Below are positions 14,398 to 27,775 of a stretch of 64,000 nucleotides of DNA, one piece after another. Origin of the DNA: Eledone cirrhosa. Its lineage: Eukaryota. The position numbers and the translations under genes are program-made. How positions within the stretch are numbered: position 1 is the stretch's first letter; every line of letters begins with the position of its first letter. The notes below the pieces were generated by a model, which was not told the DNA's origin, ran no database searches, and was given only the letters and a program-made list of their open reading frames with translations. Location: NCBI GenBank assembly GCA_964016885.1, contig OZ024743.1:217806001-217870000 (forward strand), written 5' to 3'.

Positions 14398-15069
14398 TGC
14401 ACATATATATAGAGATAGATAAGTATTCATTACATGCATGTATTATATATATAGTTAAAATAATGTTGGCTCTGATCGAGGCGAAGCGAGAGTGTATTGG
14501 AATACATCTAAAAATGAGATAACCTATTGCTGGAAGAGCCATTAAAGCAGCTAAATATGTATACATTCATTTCTTTATGGCTATTGGTGAGATTTGCCAC
14601 TCTAACGTTTCACCTGCACACTCACAGAATCACTAGTCTTGTCCGGTGAGTACGTAGCTGAGACTCCAAGTAACAAGGCTTAGCCATAATAAATAAGCAT
14701 TTAAACTCTACTTCGGTATTGAGTTTTCATTCTTACGTCCGTCAATAATTCACGTACTCACGGGTCTTGAATAATCATCGCCACCCCCAACCACCGCTTA
14801 TTAATTTGTCATATGACACCCCACCTTCACCCCACCCCACCCCATCCTGCATATTAAATATTGCTAATCTATCTCCGGCGAAATTTTATTGTGATTCATA
14901 TTGATACAGCAGCTGGGGAATCTATTAATAATTTTATTTTTAAAAATATTATATATGACAAAAGAACATTACAAGAAATCCCATTTTTACGAACGTACAC
15001 TTTATAATTACTGATTTCCAAAGCTCCCCACCCCATTATTGCCACCCCTCCTATTATCTGGGACCCGAG

Positions 15070-16272
15070 AGTGCAACCAAACTCTTCTCCTCTCTATGTC
15101 TATCACACAAAACTCTCTGTGTATACTAAAAGGATATCTACTATATCCTCCTCTCTGTATCTACTAAAACCAAACTCTGCCCCTCTCTATATCTACCATG
15201 ACACCGCCTCCCTTATCCAACTCTCTATATCTAGGCCTTATATACTCTCCCACTCTCTATAAATATCTACACTTATCTCTCCCAATCCCCCTCTGTATAC
15301 CAATCACCCCTAAACTCTCACACTCTCTATACCTACTACACGGTACTCTCCCATTATCCCACTCTGTATATCTACAACCACCAAATTCTCCCCCTCTCTA
15401 TATCTACTACAGAGTACTCTCATCCCAAACACTTCTCTATATCAATTAACACCAAGCTCTCTCTCTATATATATCTGATAAACGGAACTCTTCCAATAAA
15501 CCTCTTTATATCAATGATCCCCAAACTATTTCCATCTATATATTTACTACACTGAACTCTGTTGCAATCCCCCTCCCTTTATCTACTACTACCAAACTCT
15601 CTCCCTCTTTATATCTAATGCACGGATCTTTTATCCATCCCTCTCTGTGTAACAATTAGCACCAAACACACGGCCTCTCTGTATCTACTATACAGAACTC
15701 TCTTTCCGCTCTCCTCCCGATATAAATTAATGCCAAACTCTCCTCCTCTCTATATCTCCTACACGGAACGCTCTTCAAATTATGTCAATAAACATCAATC
15801 TCTCCCTCTCTCTGTATCTAATATACAACACACACTCCCAACACTCCTCACTATATCACCAAACTCTCCACCTCTCTATATCTACCATACAACAATCTCT
15901 CTCATTCCCTCTCACTCTATCTTTCACTAACAAACTCTCCCCCTCTCTATATCTACCCTACAACACTCTCTCCAAATCCCCCTCTCTATATCAATTATTA
16001 CCAAACTATCCCCCTCTCTCTCTCTATCTACTACAGGGAACTCTCTTATCCCTCTGTATATCAATTAACATCAAACGCTCCCACTCTCTATTACTATACG
16101 GAACTCTCTTTCAATCCCCCTCTCTATATCAATTGGCGCCAAACTCTCCCCTCTCTAATACACGGAACGTTTTTCAAATTCCTCTCTCTGTCAATAAACA
16201 TCAATCTCTCCCCCTCTCTATATCTAATATACAAGACACTCTCACAAACTTCCTCTCTATATCAACTACCAC
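15070..16272. repeat. Diverged ~70-bp pyrimidine-rich tandem satellite (about 17 units, two related half-units)
   Basis: ccaaactctcccc-ctctctatatctactac recurs about every 70 bp (15381, 15451, 15520, 15592, 15662, 15733 ...); a partial unit resumes at 21955-21990 after the LINE. Confidence 0.9.
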
Positions 16273-16473
16273 TTGATATAGACGTGAATTACTTCGCTGC
16301 GGATTTTTACGGATTATTGTCAAAAAAACTGTGAGTTCATTGCTCAATTTAATAGCATTGTTTAGTTTAACCCCTTGCCTGGGCCGCCAGACGTTGAGTC
16401 AACTAATTTTCGTCCCTTTCTGGGGCGAAATTTTCATTTTCATCTCAAAACTGTGTAAACTTGGTAGCCAGCA

Positions 16474-17512
16474 ATGGATGCCATTTCCACCTCGCACACT
16501 GTCGTGAGTGCCACGCCCACTAAGAAAAGTGGTGGAGGGAAGGTAGGAGTACAAAGCTTGCAGCCTTCCCCCCTCGCATTATCGAAAAACGTTGAAAATA
16601 TTGAAACCACGAAACCAAACCCGGTAAATAATACCAGACCAACAACAAGAACAATGACAATAACACCACAACCAACAACTGCAATAATAGCAACACCAAG
16701 GAAAACATGAATAATATTACCAACAGTCACAACAACAGCAGCAACAAAAAAGACAACAACACCAAAACAACATTCGCACAGACTGTAAAATAAAACGAAC
16801 TATACACGCCAATAGACATAACAAATGCTAAACAGCTATTACAAGACGCAAAACAATTCGTGACTATTGGCGAAAACGGTGCTTTTAGCATCAATTCTCC
16901 ACAGGAATTACGTAGAGAGCTGTACTGAAAACTGTGGTTTTCAGGACAATATCGAACGAAACAAGAAAACCAGCTCAATTATCACAAAATGAAATTGTGC
17001 TGGTTCTAAAAGATGCAATGAAGGACATAACCTTCATACAAAAAGGTAAACTGTTTGGTAGCATTTCAGTGCTAATGAACAACCAGACAACAGGACAAAA
17101 GTACTCGGTATCACCCATTGTGTCCCCCCGCTTCACCTTTTTCCCCACATACAGGGGAAAAAGGACACAAAGAATAAAAATAATGTGTATCACACCAAAT
17201 GTAAATATTTGGTGGATACTATGTGGAATCATTGACTTTGATGAAGACAAGATAATTTCAATAGGAAAGTCCTCCGGAGGTGTATTTGGTGGGACCAGCG
17301 TAGAAGTTCTGGTGCAAATGAGCCCAGAACGAATAGCGAATATCCCACAACGCGTGTCTCTGGACGGGCTAACTTATATAAACATTTCAGTGGGGGGAAG
17401 GCGGCTGTCATGTTACCACTGCTTAAGCAGGGGTCACCTGAGGGCTGCCTGTCCTCAATTAACGAGTAAAAAAAAAAGGCTCTTCTGCCAACCCCGAACA
17501 TAACAACACAAA

Positions 17513-17544
<32 letters not shown>

Positions 17545-18266
17545 CCACAACAACACGGAAAAATAACAACACAAAACACTGTTCCACCCAACCTCTCCCC
17601 ACCTAAAACAAATACAAAAGCAACCACAACAAAACGCCAAAATATACCCCTCCCCAACAACACGGAAAAAGACTCCATATCAACGTCACCCAGTGACGAC
17701 GAGGGAGAACCATTTCAACAGGTGAAAAGGAAAAAAAAGGCACCACATTAACAAAAATGCTACAAACACACAACCACCAGCACAAACAGAACCAACATGA
17801 CAAACAAAAAAACCCACCCCTCCCTAAAACATAACACATACTACAAAATGCAAACACGCACAAGAACAACAAACAAAAACAAACACAACACAACTAAAAC
17901 TCTATACATACATTAACAAGAACAATAAAACTTTAATGAAAGCGATAGAAAATAACCCTTCGGTGGAAACCGAAGGGATCACTTTCACCTACGCAGCGAG
18001 CAAACCGCACCTAATGATGATTAGGGTCCCAACAGAAACCTATGTAACTTTGAAAAATAACCATCCAATGCATGTGGGGACCAATTGCACCAAACCACTT
18101 AACCACTTCCTATTGAGATGTTTCCCCACACCCACACCCCACCAAATATCCTAATCCCACCACACACTGATGTCCTCACCCTACCACAAACCACCACCCC
18201 ACCAAACAACCCTTCCAACACCCCATGGAAATTGTGCAGCCTGGTCCCCAGGAGACGAAGAGGTAA
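16474..18266 (+). pseudogene. Element 1 ORF1 (gag-like zinc-knuckle protein), disrupted
   Basis: Fragments 16474-16710, 16934-17503 (CYHCLSRGHLRAAC = CX2CX4HX4C) and 17936-18154, with low-complexity T/N/Q/P linkers. Confidence 0.8.
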
Positions 18267-18308
18267 GTAATTTCCTTTCCTCTTCCTTTTTAACTCTTCA
18301 GCACCAAT

Positions 18309-21300
18309 ATGGCCAATATAAGAGTTGGATGTGTGAATGCACTCGGCCTGGGGATGTCCTGGAAACAGGGCAAACTCTTAAATGACCTCAGGTCGCACAG
18401 AGTGGATGTAATGGTTATTTGCGAGTCCAGGATCAGCAGCGAGCGCCAACTGGACCCCATCTTCGACGACTTTGAGATCTACGCATCTCTCTGTCAGCCA
18501 AGGGGTGGGGGTGGGGTTGTCGTTCTGCTACGAAAATACCTGGGTCTTGCCACACAGAAGGTACACCTGGACCCGGAGGGTCGACTGGTGGTTTTAGACG
18601 TCGGTAGTGGTAAAGGTGGAGCTTTCAGGCTGGTGGCAGCGTATGCCCCATCTGGGACACCGCGACCGGACTTCTTCCGACGCCTGGAGAATTTCCTGGG
18701 AACGTCTCGCTCCTTGCTTTTAGTGGGGACTGGAATGGTATCCTGGATGCACGTTGGGACTATGTAGGGGCATGTCTCGATAGAGGGGGGTGTAACAGCC
18801 TCAAACGATTAATCGGCCGATTTGATCTGGCCGATAGATATCGACTAGATTTTCCGACTGTGTCACTGTGGACGAGTACTAATCCTAGCGGAACATCTAG
18901 GTCGTACCTAGATAGGTTCCTAGTTAGAAATAAGGATAGGGACATATTAAGCTGTCCACGAATGTTCATGGTTGACTATTCGGATCACAAGTTGGTGACC
19001 GGTGGTCAACATTGATAAAACTCATAGACAGGGACCCGGTTACTGGAAGCTAAACTTGTCTTTACCGACAAACAAAGCTTACAGTAAGCGGATTAGCACA
19101 CTAGTTAAGCAGCGTTTGACGGGAGCAATTGTCAACAGCAGGTGGTGGGGATCTCTCAAGAGAGAAATTAGAATAGAATCGATAGGTTTTAGTCGGGAGT
19201 TAGCATCAGATAGGAATAGAGCTGGAAGGGAATTAATAAATAGAGTAGAAGAGGCGATTAGGAGTGGCAACGTGGCCGGCGTGCTGGCGTCAAGAACGGC
19301 CCTAGACCAGTTCTTTGATGCGAAGCACGAGGGCTGCGTTGTCAGGAGTAAAATACGTGCTCTGGGTAACGAGGGAGCCAAAGCTGTTAGCTGGGCCGGA
19401 GTGACAGGCAAAAAGTGGAAACAAGTCCACGATTCGGTCTTTGAAGGACCAGGATGGACGCGTGATCCTTGAACCTGAGCGGATGAGCGCGGCCTTTCAA
19501 CGGCGCTTTTCACGACTGTTCGGGAGGGGCGGCGGGCCGGGTGGGGCCATAGATTTCGGTCCATACCTCGACGGTCTGACGCGGCTCTCGGACGGGGAGG
19601 TGAAGTCCTGCGAGAAGCCGATTTCAGCCGCTGAAATAGGGGAAGCGCTGAGCCAATGCGGCAAACGCAAATCTCCGGGTCTCGATGGTCTACCATACGA
19701 ACTTTATGTAGCGATGCCGGGTTTGTTCTCCGCAACAGAACGGGTGAATTCCCAGTTCTGTGACCAAAGGCGTAGTCACGCTGGTGAGGAAGGATGAGAA
19801 CAAGGGGGATGACATAGATAACTTCAGGCCCATAACTCTGCTAAACACAGAGTTAAAGATTTTGGCCAAGGTGTTAGCGAAGAGGTTGGCGCTTGTCGTC
19901 GGGAACCTGGTGGTAGAAGAGCAGACATGCGCAATCCCGTCCAGGTCCATACACGGCAACGTCCACCTCATGCGATACATCGTAGAGAGGGTAGGGAACG
20001 AACCCGGCTTTGGTGGGGCCCTGATCAACTTGGATCAATCTAAGGCGTTCGATAGGGTTGACCATCGGTACCTGGATGCGGTGCTCGCGGCGGCAGGCTT
20101 CGCACCCGTTTTCAGGGGCTGGATTGCTACAATGCACAGCAGCAACACCTACTCGAGGGTCAAGGTGAACGGCTACCTCTCGGAGCCGTTCCAAATCACG
20201 CGATCTATCCGACAGGGATGCGCTCTCTCCTCCCTCCTTTATGTGCTGGCTCTCGAGCCATTACTGCGGAAGCTGGAGCTGTTGCAGGGCATCCCCTTGG
20301 AACCCGGATTTCGGAAAGCGGTGTCGGCCTACGTCCATGACGTGACAGTAATGGTGTCGTGCGCCTCGGAAATCGGGCAGATCGGCACCTTACTGGAGGA
20401 ATATGAAAGGTTCACAGGAGCCAAGCTGAACCGGGACAAGTCCGTCGGTTTGCAACTCGGGACGTGGAGGGGCAAAATGATGCCCTCCGACGGCATCGCG
20501 GACGCTAGACGGAGGGACCGGTGAAGCTGCTCGGGGTCTGGTTCGGACCGGACCTCCAGGTGGAGAAAAACTGGGACGAGGTAACGGGCAAGGTGTTTGC
20601 ACTCGCCCAGAAGTGGGCTGGGTGCAAACTATCCCTGAAAGGTCGGGCGGAGGTAGCAAACGTTATATAGCGTCCGTCATCTACTACCGCTTGACCGCTG
20701 TGCCTTGCCCAAAGAAAACACTCTCAAAAATGGAGCGCGCGCTCTTCCGATTTCTTTGGAAGAAGCGGGCTCCTTTGGTGAGAAGATCCATCTGCTGTCA
20801 ACACCCTTCAAACGGAGGGCTGGGGATGCTGTGGCTGACGATGCGTAGACACGCATTAAGGCTACGGCACCTCCAGGTATTCCTCACCGGTCAGCCGGTG
20901 TGGGCCCTGTTTGTGAGGCGAGCCTATCCTAGACTCGTCTCACTCACCGAGCTGCAATCCTGGGTCAAGCAAAGACCGAGAAAAGTGGGCGACTGGTACA
21001 TTGAATGTGCCCAGGCGCTCACGGCCCTCTGGCAAGCGGATCCAGCAATCAGTGGAGTCTCAACCTCAACATTCTATAGAGGGTTGGTGCGCAGTAAGTG
21101 CGACGACGCTCTCGGAGAGGCTCTGGGCATGGAGGAAGATGAGCTGACCTGTCTGTTCGGTAGAACGTTTGGCCCGGGACCGATGGACAACCCAAAAGTC
21201 CCTGGCTTGGCAATGTTACCGAGGAGCTCTACCCGTTAGGGACAAGCTCTACAGACACGGGCGTCCGAGTAGGGACTCCTCGAAGAAGATCTGTCCGAGA

Positions 21301-21711
21301 TGCGTGCGTGATGAGGAAACCGTCGCACACGCATTCGTACACTGCCCGGACGTTGCTGACCTGTGGGGCTATGTGGAACGACTACTGTCGTGGGTGGGAC
21401 CAATCCGGTTGACCACCGAGCACATTGTCACGATCAAACCGCCTCTCCCTTTCAAAAATGAAGGAGAGGCGGTTTTCCTCTGTGTGATAGTTAGTGCGAA
21501 AGAAGTTGTATGGTGGACAAGGTTGAAAGGGCAGAGGTCAGACACCTTTCTCTCCGGCCAACAACTGGTCTTTTTTTTCAAGTACCACTTTAGAAGAAGG
21601 ATCAGAATGGAGAGAGAGGTGCTCTACCCCAACAAGGTTTATGAAAGATGGGTGAAAGTGGCGAGAATGGCCCGAGTGAATGGCCTTCTCTCTATATCAG
21701 CCTGTAGGTGA
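18309..21711 (+). pseudogene. Element 1 ORF2 (APE endonuclease-reverse transcriptase), frameshifted
   Basis: NIRVGCVNALG, GGGVVVLL, AYAP, GYWKLN, KSPGLDGLPYELY, NFRPITLLNTELKILAK, DQSKAFDRVDH, RQGCALS, YVHD (mutated YADD), CPRC..ETVAHAFVHCP. Confidence 0.95.
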
Positions 21712-24700
21712 GAGAGGAGAAGAATGAGAAGAGGAAGGAAGCACCCGCTCTTTGTGCTCCTGAAGAGGAGGGTTGCACATTTTTTCGGGGGGGGGGGGGG
21801 GGGCGACCTATGTCAACGCCCCTCCCTATTGAGGACATCGATTTTTAAATTTAATTTGTTATATGTTTTTTACACGTCTTTTTAAATGTATGTAAACTCC
21901 CCTCTTTGTATTTGTCCCAATCTTTGATGCCCTGGTGGCAAATAAATAGAAATTTATATCAATTAACCAACAAACTCTTCTCCCTCTCCCATCTGTCTCT
22001 ACATAACATGTAAATAAATTGTAGCGTATATGCAAATATATATGTTTTGGTAGTTTTGGGGGAGAAAAACATAATTATTGGTAGGAGGGCATAACACCAC
22101 CCCCCCCCGCAATTCCACCGCACCTGGTATGCTGTTAGAGACTAAGCTTTCCTTTCTTGGCGTCTGCTAAGTGATAATGCTTCGATGTGGCACTCTATAA
22201 CCCTATTAATATTGGTTCGTTGGGGAGGATAATGTACTTATCCACATGATGATACTTAATAGTACATTTTATAATGTTCTATAGGTACTTAGATTAGACA
22301 TGGATATACAATAGTGTGGTACCGTTTTTTTTTATGCTCATGCAATTCTCACTTTAGTTTATGTAAACAATAACTCTCTACTTAGTGGACCATGGTGTCC
22401 AAATCCTGATTTGAAAGACTTTGCCAGGTGGTGCTATTTGCCAGGGCCAATTCTGGCCTAAACCCATCAAATTTATCAAAGTTATATGCCAGAATTTACT
22501 GAATGTGAGGTTTGATTGATCCGTCACCCTCACACAGATTTCATTGAATTTTATAATTATTCGTTTTGATACCCTCCAATAGACAAGGGATCTCCTAGAT
22601 ATAGCACCAAATCCCGCTAAAGTCCCACATAACCATTTTAAAAAGTTAACATTTTCCTATGTACAAACTGTATAAAGTCAAGGTCTTGGCTAAAAAAGCT
22701 TTCTCCATGGGTCTGCTCAATGTCATGGCTTACCTTGAGCTAGAACACAATAGTAACTTTATATTTTTAAACATTTAAAATATGCGGGAAACAGTAGAAG
22801 TAATTTCCGTAGTTTATTATAGAGTAGACATGCCTTCGAACAAAATCGCGTGATTTTAAAGGAAGACATTTCACATATAATGAATCTCATTGAATATCTC
22901 CTTTTATTGAAGAAATCTATAGTAACTGGGCCATTCCTTTTCTCCAATACAACATTCAACTAATGTCCTACAGGTTATGTTGTCACTTAATTGCACTTTA
23001 TTTGTATTTATTGACAAATATATTCTCTAAAATAGTTCTCAATATTTCCGCATCAGTTCAATGCTATGCAAAACCTATAATTTTATCAATGTTCGTCTTT
23101 TTTTTTCTTGTCTTTCCTTTATTTTCTCTTCTCTTTCTTGTAATTCGGAAATGCGCAAGTTAAATTTAGATGTTAACCCAGCCTCAGCTCATGAATTAAA
23201 GTTATTCAGTATATAAGTCTACATTGTGGTTGGAAGAGTTACCCGTTTACTAACCTGAATGACACCAAATCTGAAAGATTGGTTCTTCCCATCCAAATTA
23301 TAAAAATTGTATCATATTACCAAAATATTATAGTTTACCGTGTAAGAACTAATATTCCTACCGTATTTTAAATTGGATGCCACAAACTCTGAATGATGAG
23401 TTCGTCCAACCTAAATTATGAAAAGTATTATATTATCGAGAGATTTTACATTGTAAGAACTAATATTCCTCTCGTACCACAGGTCATCAAATATCCTTAC
23501 ATTATACCATAAATATGAAATATATATATGAAATGTATCAATCATTTGAACATTGAACAGTGAAAAAAAATTGATTTAATCATAAATTGTTTCACGTTTT
23601 ACCTATGTCGATCTCATCTTTCTGTCAGTTATCGATTCTTTTAATTTACTACTTTGTTGAGTAGTGTGTAGAAAGCATGAATATAGTTTCAGAAATTCAA
23701 ACCACCAAATTAGCTTCCTTTTAAAAGGACGGAGAACCTTTCTAAAATCAATCATTTCCCATTGATTATATAGCATGGAAAACCAAACTGCAGATCTAAA
23801 AGCCATATATTGGCTTTGAAAGTCGTCGGAATGATAGTTCCTTATTTTCTAACAAACATATTTGTATTATCTATGAGAAAACTTTTCTGTTTTAATCCCG
23901 TATCATACTACTACGACTACAGAAAATATCCATTTAACCAATACAAAGTCTCCCTTCACTTCTAACCCAGAAACAAATTATAACTTCTGCTGCTTCAGAA
24001 AATTATTTTCTGAAACAAGGTTCTTATTTCTTATACACTAAACCCCAAAAGATAAAATTTTCCGCGATAGAATTCATAAAAATGAATCATAGTTAGTTGT
24101 TTATTCTCACATTAAATCAAAAATTCCAAGCATGTCAAATTAACCCGCTCCGATATTTGATTGAAAATCTATTGTAAACACACGATTCTATTATTAATAT
24201 TAATGATAAAATTTAACATTTACACGAAGCCGTCATGTGTGAGCAAGTGGGATAGTTATCATCAGTCCAATTACTTGACTTGCACTCATATTATACGCCC
24301 AGGTATATATACGCCCGGGTAAAGTTTATATTTGCAAGGTGCATGGCTAAACGCTGCAAAGCCTTTTGTCTGTGAACTTAGTGTCTCTATCATCAAACAA
24401 GATCGATGTTCAGATCAGATCCAGCTGTAATCTACTTTAAATGAATACGCTATGGTTTAAGGGAGTTTTGTCTGCGTTTTTTTCTGGTGGGTTAGGATCA
24501 AACAAATACATAGAAGGGTTTAGATACACGGTGATATGTTATACGGAAACTAATATAGAAACATGAACTAAAATGGTAATGGCGATAATGATGATAATTA
24601 CGAAAAGGTTGAGGGAAATTTCCGTGCGAAAGAATGAAATGCCTAAACACTACCATGAAAACACATACACTCTGATACTGTAGTAGTTTACAATGGAGCA

Positions 24701-25047
24701 GCTGTATGTTTCATAAAAGATTAATCTTCTATAACAAATTTATAGCTGATGGGTTTTTTTTTTAATAGTAATTTCCAGAACAGTCGTTTGTTTTTAATCC
24801 AAAATCTTCAGAAATGCCCCAACAATAGAAAGTAAATTTGCGCCTCGGAAATAAAGATCTTTCTAGGGTAGTTTCAATTGAATGTATCTTCAAAGGAAAA
24901 TAACAACTAACTCTGTTAGTATGGTGATTTCTGCATAAATGGAGTACGCTCATCATCGGTGCAAACAGACATACACACACACTCAAAACACACAGATAAA
25001 CACACACGCACACATACACATACACACTCACATATACAGACACGCTC

Positions 25048-25112
<65 letters not shown>

Positions 25113-25309
25113 TAAATAAAAATAAATAACAATAACAGTACAATGAAGAAATATATTAGTTTAACGCTTGAAATAAAAGGAAGATAGTGTGAGAAATAAG
25201 GTGAAAAACTAAGACAGAGAGTAAGAAGTGGAAGCACGGAAAAAATGAGGAAGAAACACACGTACATATTCAGTCAGCCATTATATATATATATATATAT
25301 AAATGTGTG

Positions 25310-25340
<31 letters not shown>

Positions 25341-25382
25341 CTGTCTGTGTGAGAGTGTGTCAGAAATGAGTCCCCACAATAG

Positions 25383-25476
<94 letters not shown>

Positions 25477-25817
25477 TGTCAGATAAGGTTCCATGCGCAC
25501 ACGCGCCCGATAGAGTATTTCAGTTGTACCCACATGGTAAACAACGAAGGCCACGTGTGGTCCTTCTCCGACACAACTCTTTCTCCTCGGAAACCCACCC
25601 TGTTGATGGATGTGAAATCTAGAATATAGGGACTATTAAATCGTTTCCAAGGTAACCCTATCTCGTGTGTTTTACACTTTTCCTACGTTCTTTTACGCTC
25701 CCTACATCGCTTTCTACGCTTCCTCTCACATCTCTCTCTCTCTCGCTCAATACCACCTGATTTTATTACCCGGAGATTTACCCATCTGCATTGTTCAGGC
25801 TTTCCAAAATGACTATT

Positions 25818-25950
<133 letters not shown>

Positions 25951-26269
25951 AGAATCAAAGCTATGTTCAATACATTTATTCACTTACAATTGTTTCTTCC
26001 AAACCTAGGCTTGGTGTCTTCGGAGCAATTTTTAATGTTTGTACATATAATAATCTTACTGGTAATAAGGTAGTAATAAATTACTGACCTTCCCTATTTA
26101 TGGTTTAAATTATACATAACTATAAATAGTATCCTTAATATTAAATATATATATATATGTATGTATACAAAGGGCGGGAAAACTCATAAGAGTCAACGGC
26201 CATCCAAAATTGTGTAAATATGTATATACACATGTACATATGTATGAGTATGTATATGCGTGTGTATAT

Positions 26270-26990
26270 GCCTGGGGTGTCAGGGAGGGGCATGTACCTC
26301 TGTAGGGAGGGCTAGCCATGCCTTTTTCAGGACAGCCCGTCCTGCATTGTCTCCCACCTGACACTCAGCTCTCACCTGTGGCCCCAAGAAGCTGTAGCAT
26401 GCGACAGCGGCCACACCCCGGTAAACCGCCTTGGTTGGCGGGCCGAACCAGGTTGAGGGTAACCGGATGGGTCTGAAACCCCCGGTGAGTTAGATATGGG
26501 GATGCCTTCCCCTGCATGCGAATACTGGACCTGGCGGTATGAGTGGAAGAGGACACATCGTCCCAACGGTCACAAAGGCGGCGACAGCAAGCGGTGTGGA
26601 GCGCTAGGGCACGGCAGGTCACTACAGACGTCATGGCCATCCACTGCAGCCAAGGAAGTCCCTGGGTCGTGACGGTTCCGTACCACCGGATTCTGGCTTC
26701 TGCGGCCGAGTGAGTGGGACCGTCAGTGGCCCTCCCACTATAAACCTTTCCCGCACAGGTTTCTCCTTTAGCGTGCACTCCAAAAGCCCTGCGGCGATGG
26801 GCGAGAGGTGGAGGTGTCAGGTGGAGGTAACCTCTGGGAGTTGCCAGTCTGACTCCGGTCTCTTCCCCTGCCCCCACTCTCCTCGGACCTGCAAGGCGAG
26901 GATCGGCCTCCACAGCCACCTACGTGCCCATGGCAGACAGGAACAACAGTAAAGAAGATGTAATCATCGTTTACGATGGACAACCAAGAT
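26270..26990 (+). mobile_element. Internally deleted non-autonomous RTE-clade LINE derivative
   Basis: A GC-rich UTR-like 5' part joins directly to the C-terminal C2H2 motif FPCPHSPRTCKARIGLHSHLRAH and the tail atcatcg-ttta-cgatggacaacc; flanked by (TA)-rich repeats. Confidence 0.7.
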
Positions 26991-27203
26991 ATATATATAC
27001 AGAAATAGAGAGAGAGAAATATATATATATGTGTGTGTCTACCTGTGTATATATGTAAATATGTATCACATTATTTATCTCTATTCACGATAGTGAGCAC
27101 ACTGTGAATATGATATAAATATATGTGGAATGCTATATTGTAATATGACTATGAAATATATAATATACAATACATACATCTGGGCTTGGTTTATGTATAT
27201 AAA

Positions 27204-27242
<39 letters not shown>

Positions 27243-27264
27243 CTGTGTGTATACATACATATAT

Positions 27265-27309
<45 letters not shown>

Positions 27310-27313
<4 letters not shown>

Positions 27314-27482
27314 GTTTCTACATTTGGCACAAGGCCAGCAATTATCCCAGTGTATTACTGGTACTTTGTTTTATCGACCCCGTAAGGATGAAAGGCAAGG
27401 TTAACCTCGGCGGGATTTGAACTCAGACCATAAAGGAACGTAACTCTTTGCTGCAAAGCATGGCGTCCGACCCTCTACCAAT
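27310..27482 (-). mobile_element. Family-1 SINE
   Basis: Close match to 63110-63304. Confidence 0.9.
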
Positions 27483-27775
27483 ATATATATATATGTGTAG
27501 CTGCATAAGAAGGCTCTCTTCTGTTCCTATATATGCATATATCTACTATTGCTATTGTAGTGTGCCAGTAAGGGTGTGTGTTCTGTGTTCACGTTTGTGT
27601 ATTTGCGTGTGGGATAAGAAGGGAAATAGTAGAAAAAGAAACCAAAAGAACGATAGACCAAGGAATCTGCCGTTGATATGATGCTATCAATTGATTTACA
27701 ACCAATATCAGTGCTGCTGTGCTAATAGAACTATGGTTGATATATTGCCAAAAAACAAGAGTCAGTTATCTTCTT

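Larger units (their letters stand above)
16273..21954 (+). mobile_element. Full-length decayed L1/Tx1-clade non-LTR retrotransposon (element 1)
   Basis: ORF1 with a CCHC knuckle; ORF2 with APE endonuclease, RT and C-terminal zinc-binding domain; 3' end ccctggtggcaaataaatagaaa; satellite on both flanks. Confidence 0.93.

Noticed and set aside
14520-14660. Possible promoter or first exon (ATTGG boxes, CCG|GTGAGT donor)
   Set aside because: Short motifs expected by chance; unsupported without transcript data.
19079-19735. Antisense ORFs inside LINE ORF2 regions
   Set aside because: Shadow frames of GC-rich coding sequence, not evidently conserved between the elements.
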